A stretch of DNA of 64,000 nucleotides from Methanotrichaceae archaeon (GTDB lineage Archaea > Halobacteriota > Methanosarcinia > Methanotrichales > Methanotrichaceae): NCBI GenBank assembly GCA_963803145.1, contig CAWDLW010000008.1:448001-512000 (forward strand), given 5' to 3'. Every line of letters starts with the position of its first letter. Within the stretch, counting starts at the first letter, position 1. The position numbers were made by a program, and so were the translations under genes. The notes beneath the pieces were generated by a model, which was not told the origin of the DNA, searched no databases, and saw only the letters and a list, made by a program, of their open reading frames with translations. Positions 53,610 to 63,045 of the stretch are shown here, piece after piece.

Positions 53610-54244
53610 TGTATCATAGTATGTATGATAGTATTTATAGGGCTCCTCTCTATTTCCAGTGGGTATACTCAAGAGGGGTCTGAGCCTACCAGGAAAACGA
53701 TTAAGAATCGCTCTGTGTCTCCGTGCCTCAGTGGTGAATTTCGTTTTGTCTAGCAATAGCCGAACGAACCAAGAATTGGATGCTCAAATAACAATCAACA
53801 TCCCATCGCCAAGCATACAAAGAATATTCAAGAAGTCCCGGAGCCTCCAAATTCCAACATCTCCGCCAAACCCTCTTATCACCATTCAATTCAGATTATG
53901 GCGCACTCAAATCTATAGCCCGGAATGAGCCCGCTTTTGATCATGCCTTTTCTGGATTCCTCTTCCGGATTCAGCCTATGCCTTTCGATCATCAAGCTCT
54001 CTGCCATAAGCAGGTGCTAACAAGCCTTCAGGGATTAAAAACTTACCGCTGTGTTAATTATATCAATTCCTTATTGCTGCCATTCGTCCTGGACCTTTGT
54101 TATCTCCCTACACAGCTTCAGTCCATCCCCGACAAGCTGATATGTCATCTCTCCCCTGGCAGGATGCATCTGTACATATCCAAGTAAAGCCTTTTTTACC
54201 CCATTTCCTCCTGCGGGAACTCTTCTGGCAAAGGCTCTCTCCGG

Positions 54245-54532
54245 TACATGGCGCCGATTTGCTGAGATGGGCGGCTCTGCAGATGCTCAATCAATTATGA
54301 GTTATACGAACGTATAAGCGAACATCCCGGTCTGAGCGCATACGAATACGCAAAGGTTTCCGGCTGGTCGATTGGGAGAACTCACTCCTCCATCAAAAGG
54401 CTGGAGAGTCAAGCTTATCGCCAGGCCTAAGCCGTGGCAGGAGTTCTTCACAAAGGAAGAGCTGGAAGAGATGAAACAGTCAGATTTCTGGGATGAGCTA
54501 GAGACTATAGTGACGAGCGATAAAGAGTTGTA
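54245..54532 (+). pseudogene. Degenerate paralog of the 50701 HTH gene
   Basis: HPGLSAYEYAKVSGWSIGRTHSSIKRLE ... PKPWQEFFTKEELEEM with a frameshift. Confidence 0.7.
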
Positions 54533-54659
54533 AACGGCCGATCTCTGCTCGTCTTTTATCGTCTAGATTCATCTTTTTACCTTTGTAGTGATCAGCCGTC
54601 GTTTGTTTATAATTACAGCCAGACACCCTCTTCCATATAGGCGAGAATCCTTGTCCAGT

Positions 54660-54827
54660 AAACCTTATCGCCTGCATTTCCAGAAACCTTCCCCCGAAGA
54701 GGGGTTAGGGGCAGCCCGCCCGGGCGTTTGAGTGCGCTAGAGCGCTGTTATTGTTAGCCCGAAAAGGAAGTTTAGTCTCTTGAATTAGAAGCAGCCCCAA
54801 ACGCAAAGTCAGAGCAGTTCTGGATTG
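54660..54827. repeat. Repeat A copy 10
   Basis: AACCTTATCGCC...CCTTCCCCCGAAGAGGGGTTAGGGGCAGCCCGCCCGGGCGTTTGAGTGCGCTAG...TTAGCCC plus tail. Confidence 0.92.
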
Positions 54828-54866
54828 TCCCGCTCTTACGAGTTCAATTTTAACTTGGATATGCTT

Positions 54867-55427
54867 TCAGATAATTCCCTTCTCTTTCAATGCCATCTTC
54901 ATCTCTTTCAGCTCTTCCAGATCGGCTTCAATACGCTCGAACTTCATATCCATATAGCTCTTCAGGTCTACCCTCAGTCCCCGAATTTCTCCTGTGGTCG
55001 CATCCTGCTTGTCGAGCATTTGGTCTTGCTTGTTGAGCATTTGGTCTTGCTTGTCGAGCGTTTGGTCTTGCTTGTCGAGCGTTTTATTGAGACTGCCAAC
55101 CAATTCTTTCAATAACTCTATTCCATCATCAAGACGTTCCCCGACCTCTTCAGGACCGGTGATCTTCTTGAAGCTCGAGTATTGGCCGGACCCTTGAGAG
55201 TACTGCGTATCGACGTTTTCAACATCTATTATGGCGTTCTTGATCCGGAGAGCTGATGTGAAATTCTCTAAATCGTTCCTCTCACCTTCCGCGATCACCA
55301 GCACCTGGCCATCCGGGCGGTTCTGAACCAACCCCACCAAATTCATCTCATGAGCCAGAGATACTACTTTAGCACGGTATCCTACTCTCTGAACTCTCCC
55401 TGAGATATACGCAGTTAGTCTGATCAT
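54867..55427 (-). CDS. Acylphosphatase-like domain plus coiled coil
   Basis: ISGRVQRVGYR...GLVQNRPDGQV (canonical AcyP motifs); L(D/N)KQDQ(T/M) heptads. Confidence 0.88.
   Translation of the reverse strand: MIRLTAYISGRVQRVGYRAKVVSLAHEMNLVGLVQNRPDGQVLVIAEGERNDLENFTSALRIKNAIIDVENVDTQYSQGSGQYSSFKKITGPEEVGERLDDGIELLKELVGSLNKTLDKQDQTLDKQDQMLNKQDQMLDKQDATTGEIRGLRVDLKSYMDMKFERIEADLEELKEMKMALKEKGII
55004..55084. repeat. 21-bp in-frame tandem repeat, about 4 copies
   Basis: CTTGCTTGTCGAGC(A/G)TTTGGT. Confidence 0.9.
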
Positions 55428-55831
55428 TACCGTAAGTAGTTAGTGTGATCTATGTATAAGTGACTTCCTCCCCGGCCTAAAAGACCGGAGTTTGCGCCCT
55501 GAACTTTTCTATCATCTCCGCCTTATTGTAATGGCGAAGAATATCCTAGCTCTTCATAGCAAGGATGTTTGCCTTCACCTTTGAGGCAGCCCAATATCTG
55601 ACGATGTATCCTTTAGAACGATCCTGCCCCTGAGCGGATACAATAAACAGTGAAATCAGAATAAAGCTAAATACAGGGTTGCGTATCATTTTATCTCCTT
55701 TGATCTTGAGATAAACTGGGAAGAGATTTTGATTATAAATATTATTTTATATGATTTTGTGGTTGATCAAAGTATCCTGTATGTTCAATAACTGTGCCAA
55801 CGGCTTCTCACCACTTAGCCTTGGCACAACC

Positions 55832-56590
55832 TCAAAGAGAGAAACCTTCCAGATTTATCTCATCCAATCGCACTGATCCATTGATCGCTTTGGCGCTCAT
55901 CTTATATTTCCCGGATGGAAATCCTGTCATATTAACGCTTACATTAAAGCTACCCTTCACGATCACCTTTTTGATCAGCGTCATGGTTAGGTCCACCCTG
56001 GAGACATTCTCCGCAGCATCCCCGAAGATCTTAATCTGATAGCTTCCAGGCGAGAGCATATCATTAGTAATAGTAGCTGTGCCGTTATTATCTGCCTCGC
56101 TTTGTGAGGTGACCCATATTCTCTCGAATGTAGGCTTCCAGACCATGCTCGAGTTCTGATAGCTTCCCTGATCCTTCCGAACACCAATGTTCAGGTTATT
56201 CACCTTGCTTGCAGATACTGTAAAGTTGTTAGGCAAAGCGGGGATAAAAATGCCTCCAGCATCGTATGCATACCCAGAGACATCTAATCCTTGGATATTT
56301 TTTCTGATATATGGATAAGAGATGTTGAAATCAGATGAGATAGGAGGGATGTGGATGCCGACAAGATCGTAGCTGTAGCTGCCTGAGAATACCGGGGCTG
56401 TATCTTGAATGGTGAAGTTAAGGAGAAGCTCGCCTGAGCCTACCCCCGAGATCCTCATCTCGCCGGGTGTGAGTCCCACGCATGAGAGCAGTATGCAAAT
56501 TACTGCCAATGACCTCAGGATTGTGAGGAGCTGCCTATTGGCCATATCTATCGCCTGCCGGCTGTTGCGATCATCTTCGTTCGTCTCCAA
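55832..56590 (-). CDS. Hypothetical exported protein
   Basis: Close paralog of 38490-39233. Confidence 0.75.
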   Translation of the reverse strand: METNEDDRNSRQAIDMANRQLLTILRSLAVICILLSCVGLTPGEMRISGVGSGELLLNFTIQDTAPVFSGSYSYDLVGIHIPPISSDFNISYPYIRKNIQGLDVSGYAYDAGGIFIPALPNNFTVSASKVNNLNIGVRKDQGSYQNSSMVWKPTFERIWVTSQSEADNNGTATITNDMLSPGSYQIKIFGDAAENVSRVDLTMTLIKKVIVKGSFNVSVNMTGFPSGKYKMSAKAINGSVRLDEINLEGFSL

Positions 56591-56615
56591 ACCAGGGTAA
56601 TTGCTTTAAAGTGTA

Positions 56616-56885
56616 CTACATTTTATGTTTTAATATCAAATTGCGTATAGTTATAAACATAAGTTCTAGCAGATATCCGTTCAAGCTGTACTCGCCGGGA
56701 GCAAATATATCGACTCCTGCCTCGATCGTGAGAAACTCGTACAGCCCGTCGCCATCCATATCCACTCCGTGATCCGTGAAGTTTCCTGTAAGAGATGCTA
56801 GGCCAGCTCCTGGATTTTGGCCGCATGCATTCAAGCTGAGGCATATTGCCAAAAGAAGCGAAAGGAGCAAAAGAAACAGATACAC
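56616..56885 (-). pseudogene. Internally deleted paralog of 51374-51937
   Basis: Matches the N-terminus and the extreme 3' end of the paralog; the middle is missing. Confidence 0.8.
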
Positions 56886-57012
56886 GTGAGTAATACGAGA
56901 ATTAATGCCGAATTAATTATTCTCCTCATTTTTCCCTCCCAACGTACGAGATTTTCTTCACTATCGTTTGTTTAATTATCAAGCAAATGGCATTTCACCG
57001 CAATCTCACGAT

Positions 57013-58158
57013 TCATATATTTAGCGCTCTTTTCGGTATTATGAAACTATGTCCTTCTTCGCCGATCTTTTTTAGAGCTTTAGAAGCGCTTAACCGTACA
57101 TTGCTATCTTTATCATTTGAGAGCACCTGGAGCAGTGGCAATCTGGCTTTTGAGTCTCCAATCTCTCCAAGAGCATCAGCAGCTCCCCCTTGAACTGCGC
57201 TATTTCCGTTTTGGAGCGCCTGAATCAATGGGTCTATTGCAGGTTTTCCAATTCCTGCAAGAGAGTTTGTGGCTGCCGTTCGAACATCGCTGTCATTATC
57301 ACCTAGCGTCTGAATCAACGGCTCTATAGCTCCGGTATCTTGCGAATTCCCGAGCGAATATGCAGCCTCTGCCCGAACATTTTTGTCATCATCCCCAAGT
57401 GCCTGAATTAACGGCTCCACGGCCCTCTTATCATTAATCCTTCCCAGAGCCCATGCCGCACTTTCCCTGCCGCTTTTATCTTCTCCCTTCAGGATTCCGA
57501 TCAATAAATCGTAAGTCTCGGCACCTTTGATGGCTCTGAGAGCCCATAGAGCCTCTCCTCTGGCGTCTATGTTGTCATCCTTAAGTGCATTGATCAGTGG
57601 ATCAACAGCTCGATTATCTTTGATCATTCCGAGAGACACAGCAGCCCAATATCTGACATCGCTGCTGTTATCCCTGAGCGCAAGCATCAGAGGATCTGAT
57701 GCTCTGGTATCGTTGATCAAGCCCAGCGCAGCCGTTGCCTCCCATCGAACCAGGCTATCGTTATCTTTCAGGGCCTGGATCAATGGGTCAACTGATGGCT
57801 TCCCGATCTTTACGAGCGCGAGAACTGCCCACTCTCGGACGTTGCTGTCATTATGCTTCAATACCTGGATCAAAGGATCGATGGCGCTAACATTGCCGCT
57901 CTTTCCAAGCGCCCAGGCAGCTTCCATTTTGACGCTGTTATCTTTATCCTTTAGAGCCTGAATCATTGGGTCTATGGCCCTGGTATCACCGATCTTTGCA
58001 AGAGCCTGTATAGCGCTTATCCTGACTTTGCTGCTGTCGTTATGTTCGAGCTGCTGAATGTAAGTCTCTATGGATGTGTCTTTAGTATGATCCTGTCCCA
58101 GAGCAGGTACAATAAGCAGTGAAATCAGAATAAAGCTAAATACAGGGTTGCGTATCAT
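57013..58158 (-). CDS. Secreted HEAT (PBS-lyase-like) repeat protein
   Basis: Signal peptide; repeated A(V/I)DPLIQALKD.D..VR..AA.ALG. Confidence 0.93.
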   Translation of the reverse strand: MIRNPVFSFILISLLIVPALGQDHTKDTSIETYIQQLEHNDSSKVRISAIQALAKIGDTRAIDPMIQALKDKDNSVKMEAAWALGKSGNVSAIDPLIQVLKHNDSNVREWAVLALVKIGKPSVDPLIQALKDNDSLVRWEATAALGLINDTRASDPLMLALRDNSSDVRYWAAVSLGMIKDNRAVDPLINALKDDNIDARGEALWALRAIKGAETYDLLIGILKGEDKSGRESAAWALGRINDKRAVEPLIQALGDDDKNVRAEAAYSLGNSQDTGAIEPLIQTLGDNDSDVRTAATNSLAGIGKPAIDPLIQALQNGNSAVQGGAADALGEIGDSKARLPLLQVLSNDKDSNVRLSASKALKKIGEEGHSFIIPKRALNI

Positions 58159-58240
58159 TTTGTCTCCATTGTTCTCGAAATTAACCGCAAAGATATGTAG
58201 CGCATGAATACGATTTAATATGATTTAGAAGGGAAAATGC

Positions 58241-59002
58241 TCAGAGATTCATGAATATTTTCATGGCCTCGTTTCCCTTACCAAGCGCCAGCAATGCATG
58301 CATCTTGTTATTCAGAGCCTGACTCCACTTCGGGTCTATCTTCAAAGCATTATTGTAAGCATCCAGAGCCTCGGAGTATCTCCCTGCATGCATCAGCGCA
58401 AGGCCCTCCGCATTGTAGGCATACTTATTCTTAGAATCTTGAGAAATCACCTGATTTAGAAGATCCATTGCCTGAGAATCGTTTCCAAGCGAAATGTCAG
58501 TTAAAGCTTTTCCATATAATGCATCCTTATAATTAGGATCTAAAGCCAACGCACCATCGAACTTGGCGCTAGACTCAGAGTATCTTCCCTGGAGCTGCAG
58601 GAGTTGCCCTTCTTTATACCAGCTGCCCTTATCCTTTGGGTTTAATTTGGTGATCGCTGATGCAGCTATGGAGGCATTGGCATAATCCTTGTTAGCTGAG
58701 TATGCATCAATCAATCCCGACCAGACAGCAGCTGTTTTATTATTAGCCTTCAGGCCCTGATTATACGATTCAATTGATCCATTGTAATTCCTAAGAATTT
58801 TCTGTGTATCCCCTTTGTGAACCCATGCGTTAACATAACCCGGATCCTGATCTATTGACTTGTTGAAGTAATCCAGCGACTCAGTGTAGTTTCTGTAATT
58901 ATAGAGCTTGCTTCCCAAATCATCAAAATAAGCAGGTGCCGTGTCAGCAGCACAGATGGTACTCAGGATAATGAAGCATAATGCCAGGGTAAATAGTCTC
59001 AT
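58241..59002 (-). CDS. Secreted TPR protein
   Basis: Signal peptide and TPR repeats. Confidence 0.9.
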   Translation of the reverse strand: MRLFTLALCFIILSTICAADTAPAYFDDLGSKLYNYRNYTESLDYFNKSIDQDPGYVNAWVHKGDTQKILRNYNGSIESYNQGLKANNKTAAVWSGLIDAYSANKDYANASIAASAITKLNPKDKGSWYKEGQLLQLQGRYSESSAKFDGALALDPNYKDALYGKALTDISLGNDSQAMDLLNQVISQDSKNKYAYNAEGLALMHAGRYSEALDAYNNALKIDPKWSQALNNKMHALLALGKGNEAMKIFMNL

Positions 59003-59045
59003 GTCGATGCCCTCTGGATCTCATAGTGCTTCGAGCTTGTCATCA

Positions 59046-59804
59046 TCAAGCCACCATGAATAGATCCATCGCTTCTTTCGACTTGCCTGAGATCATCAGA
59101 TCATTCATTTTGTTAACCGAAGTCTGGCTCCATCGGGGATCAATCTCCTGTGCCATATCGTAAGCCGACTTAGCCTCTGCATACTTTCCTTCTCCCTCTA
59201 GAGCTAAACCCTTGGCGTTATAGGCGTATTTGTTTTTGGGGTCGATAGCCAATACTTGATCGAAAAGCTTTATAGCACCAGTATCATTGCCTGTTGCAAT
59301 AAGAGAGATTCCCTCTTGATATAACGCATCCTTATATTGAGGATCTAAGTTCAATGCGCCATCATATTTTTGCAGGGATTCCTTAAACTTTCCCTGCGTC
59401 TGGAGGAAACTTCCTTCACGAAGCCAGCTTGCTTTATTCTTTGGGTCGAGCTTCGTAACCTCAGCGGCAGCAATAGTAGCGTTGGCGTAATCGTTGAGAG
59501 TCGTATATACAGTTATCATCCCAGACCATGCCGCTTTGCTGCTGTTGTCCAACTGTACAGCATGATTGTATAACGCCAGGGAGGTACTGTAATTTTTCAT
59601 AGCCATTAGGGTGTCTCCCTTGTGCACCCATGCATCCACATATTTGGGATCCTGCTTGAGCGCCTTATCGAAGTAGATCAGAGCTCCGGTGTAGTTCTTG
59701 GATGAAGATAGTTTGCAGCCCTTCCAGTCGAAGTACTCTGTCTCCTCTGCTGCACAAACTGCAATTAGGAGAAGAAAACATAATGCAAGGATGATTATCT
59801 TCAT
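59046..59804 (-). CDS. Secreted TPR protein
   Basis: Signal peptide and TPR repeats; tandem paralog of 58241. Confidence 0.9.
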   Translation of the reverse strand: MKIIILALCFLLLIAVCAAEETEYFDWKGCKLSSSKNYTGALIYFDKALKQDPKYVDAWVHKGDTLMAMKNYSTSLALYNHAVQLDNSSKAAWSGMITVYTTLNDYANATIAAAEVTKLDPKNKASWLREGSFLQTQGKFKESLQKYDGALNLDPQYKDALYQEGISLIATGNDTGAIKLFDQVLAIDPKNKYAYNAKGLALEGEGKYAEAKSAYDMAQEIDPRWSQTSVNKMNDLMISGKSKEAMDLFMVA

Positions 59805-60376
59805 TGAACCCCTTATTATTTGATTGAATTATCCGTTTACTTATGTTAGTTAAATTCGTCCGTCTCTGTGCCTTTGTGTCTTCGTGGTGATCATCCGCCG
59901 TTTGTTTATTTGCAGCCAGACATCATTTTCCATACAGGCAAGAATCTTAGCCCCAAATGAAAGTATTGTCCTTAAGCCGTTCTCGATGCGTCATCCTGCT
60001 TTGGCTCCTCATGGATCGCCAGTAACCCCAGAGCTTCCTCTTTGCTAAGGGTTTATCTACTCTTCTGGTCCTCCCATAGCTTTCTGAAGAAGTAGAAGTA
60101 CTCGTAAAGCTCCAGGATATCTTTTGCATACACAACCACTCCTTCTTCTATCACTGCCATCTTCAGGTAGAGTGGCATCATCGAGAATAGTATTATTTAG
60201 GCCCTCTATCACTAACAGCCTGATCTCTTCAAGACCCAAGCCTCGATCATCTCTTGGAAGGCCTTGTAGGTGGCGAGCTTTGTTTTATCATCGCCGAGGA
60301 ACTGATCAGGCGGAATATCCAGAGCCCACATCTTTATCTGGTCTGCTCTTTTTAGTATTATATTTGCTTTATCTTC

Positions 60377-61514
60377 GAGGATTCCTATAAACCTACCCCC
60401 TGCTTTAGCATCGAAAGTGTTAAATACAGCAAATAGTATTTATTGTTATGGATTCTTTTACTACTTGGGTATTGAAAGGTCTAAATGCAAAGCAAGAGGA
60501 GTCTAAATTAGCTCAAGTATCTGGATTGATCAATTGGGTTCCCTTTCGTCCTCTTCTGGAAGGGATGTATACTAATAAGACCGAGAAGGGAGGAAGGCCC
60601 AACTGTGATGTTATTCTAATGTTCAGGATCCTGATTCTCCAGCAGTGGTATGGCCTGAGCGATCTGGCTGTTGAACGGCAAATGGCTGATCGCATATCAT
60701 TTATGGCATTTCTTGGTTTTCCTGATCAGTTCCCTGATTCCAGAACTATATGGTCATTCAAAGAACGAATGGCGGAGACAGGAACAGATAGGCTTGTTTG
60801 GGCTGAACTTCAAAGACAGTTGGATGCAAAAGGATTGAAGATCAGACGCGGAATTGTTCAGGATGCTACCTTTATAGAAGCAGATCCAGGATCATCGGAG
60901 TCAAAGAAACCACGTGGCGATGAGGCTAAGACACGTCGCAGCAAGGATGGCACATGGGCTAAGAAAGGCAATGAAACTCACTTCGGATATAAGTTACATC
61001 AAATAACTGATATCGATTACAGCCTAATACGTGATATAGAGACCTCGACTGCATCACTGCATGACAGTCAGGTTGATCTCTCTATCCCTGGCGTGCCAGT
61101 TTTCAGAGATAGAGGATATTTCGGTGTGAAGGCCAAAGGTATTGATTTTACAATGAAGCGCAGGACTACTGATAAACCTCTTTCTGATCTTGATAAAGAA
61201 CGCAATCAGTTGATCAGTATCCTCAGATCGCCTGGCGAAAGGCCCCATGCTGTAATCAAGAGGGTTTTCGAGGCTGGAAGAGTGCTTGTTACATCAGTCA
61301 GAAGAGTGCATGTGAAAATGATAGTTACCGCTTTCGCTTTTAACTTGTATCAGCTTTGTACTCTTAAAAAGGCAAATGTCATTTAGGGATAGCGGATGCT
61401 ATCGAGAATTAACTGAAAAAAAACAGGTTAGACCAAGAATAGCGAACATCGTAAGGCAAATCTAGAGTCGATTTAAAAAAACCGCCCTTAGGATACAAGT
61501 AAATAGGAATCCTC
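60377..61514 (+). mobile_element. IS5-family element (transposase 60448-61386)
   Basis: TIR GAGGATTCCTAT / ATAGGAATCCTC; 4-bp TSD CTTC; QDATF, HDSQ, DRGY and R.PGE motifs. Confidence 0.93.
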
Positions 61515-61670
61515 CTTCATATCTTTTTATTCTATTTATATCCATGTGGGTCCTCTGGGCAACTTTCCTATTCTTTTCTTTCAGCAGCCCATCTTTTGCC
61601 TTCGTGTTTCCAATTCATAGGCATTTTTGGATTTTGGCAAACAGCGCCCACAACATTGATATTAATATTT

Positions 61671-62909
61671 TCATCTTCTGCGTCGAACAAGCAGCAATGC
61701 CGTCAGCATACTAATAGCTGCGCAATCTCCTCCGAGCCCGGGAATAGCCCGATTCGAGCCTCCCATAAGCTCCAGGGGAGCCATTCCTGCCCATTGGAAA
61801 TCCTTAGGCCCTGTATATCCCAGCTTTTCAGCCTGGCTGAACGCCTCTTTGGCCTTTGCCTCAAATCCAAGCTCCTGCAGGGCTAAGCCACCGTTGATCC
61901 AAGGCTCAGCATATTTCTGGTTCAAGTCGATCGCATCTCTGAAGCATTCCAGGGAGCTGTTCTGCTCTCCGACCTTGACCAACGCCAGTCCCTTATTATT
62001 CCAGGTTTGAGATGAATAATAATCGTCCTCGATCGATCTGTTATAACAGTCGAGAGCATCTTTGTATCGATTCAAATTTGAAAGCACTACTCCTTTGTTG
62101 TACCATGCCCTGGCATTTCCCTGGTCTTGGAGGCACGAACGGTTCAGGCAGTCTAACGCCTCGCCCGTTTTTCCGAGGTTGTATAAGGCTATACCCTTGT
62201 TGTTCCAGGGATCGCTGTTGCCCTGGCTTATATTGATCGCCTTATCGTAAGCGTTCACTGCCTCTTCGTTTCTGCTCAGGGATGCGAGAGCTGCACCCTT
62301 GTTGTTCCAGGTTTCCGCACGAGATTGATCTTGGGCGAGAGATTTATCATAGAAAAACAGGGATTTATCATAAGCTCCCTTATTGAAGAGCTGGTCGCCG
62401 GACGTCCTCCAGGTCTCTGCACCAACTGGATTATCCCCTGAATAATATTGAGCCGAACTCAGGGCATGTCTCCTTGCGGCATCAGAAACCTTAACTGTCG
62501 AGTTCAGCAGCTTGATGACCGTGCCAAGCTCCGAGTCAAGCTGGTCCTTTGCGGTGGGATCGAACTTGAGCGAGCTTCCGATCTGGATGCTGCCATCTGA
62601 GAAGACTATAGCAGTATCTGATTTACTTGCGCTGCCCAGGCGCCAGCGCAAGTGTTCGCTGTCACTTTCCACTACTTTATAAGTGCTCGTGGAATTGACC
62701 TTTTGGTACAGAGAGCCGAGATTCGGCTGAAGCCCAATGTCCGTAAAGACACTTGACCCAAATCCTTTTGCTAATGTTGTTTCTCCTGAGGCCATGGATA
62801 TGCTCAATAAAAGCATGATTCCAACTGCTACAACCACAATTGGTATCTTGCCTCTATTCATGCTTTTACGACCTATTGAAGATAAATGTACATCCGTAGT
62901 TATAGCCAT
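61671..62909 (-). CDS. Cell-surface TPR protein with a PGF-CTERM-like tail
   Basis: Signal segment, TPR repeats, C-terminal IPGLG + hydrophobic helix + RRRR. Confidence 0.85.
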   Translation of the reverse strand: MAITTDVHLSSIGRKSMNRGKIPIVVVAVGIMLLLSISMASGETTLAKGFGSSVFTDIGLQPNLGSLYQKVNSTSTYKVVESDSEHLRWRLGSASKSDTAIVFSDGSIQIGSSLKFDPTAKDQLDSELGTVIKLLNSTVKVSDAARRHALSSAQYYSGDNPVGAETWRTSGDQLFNKGAYDKSLFFYDKSLAQDQSRAETWNNKGAALASLSRNEEAVNAYDKAINISQGNSDPWNNKGIALYNLGKTGEALDCLNRSCLQDQGNARAWYNKGVVLSNLNRYKDALDCYNRSIEDDYYSSQTWNNKGLALVKVGEQNSSLECFRDAIDLNQKYAEPWINGGLALQELGFEAKAKEAFSQAEKLGYTGPKDFQWAGMAPLELMGGSNRAIPGLGGDCAAISMLTALLLVRRRR

Positions 62910-63045
62910 CCCAGCAATTATTCTTGTTGCGAACGTTTGTGCTCTGTGTCTTAATGGATGATAATAGGAATTCTATGATTCATTTAGTATCTGAGGTAAT
63001 ATCTATTAGGAATTGCCCCAGTAAAAAAATAATATCGAGGATACA

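Noticed and set aside
36570-54830. Repeat A as a CRISPR array
   Set aside because: Units are about 100 bp and degenerate, the intervals are 0.5-3.6 kb and contain genes, and no cas genes are present.
36570-54830. Canonical integron (intI/attI/attC)
   Set aside because: No tyrosine recombinase is in the window and the RYYYAAC/GTTRRRY boxes are only loosely matched, so it is reported as integron-like only.
59947-61620. Gene interrupted by IS5
   Set aside because: The flanks contain only short, stop-interrupted ORFs and no family could be recognised.
2339-62961. Numerous short antisense ORFs in the ORF track
   Set aside because: They are shadows of well-supported genes on the opposite strand.
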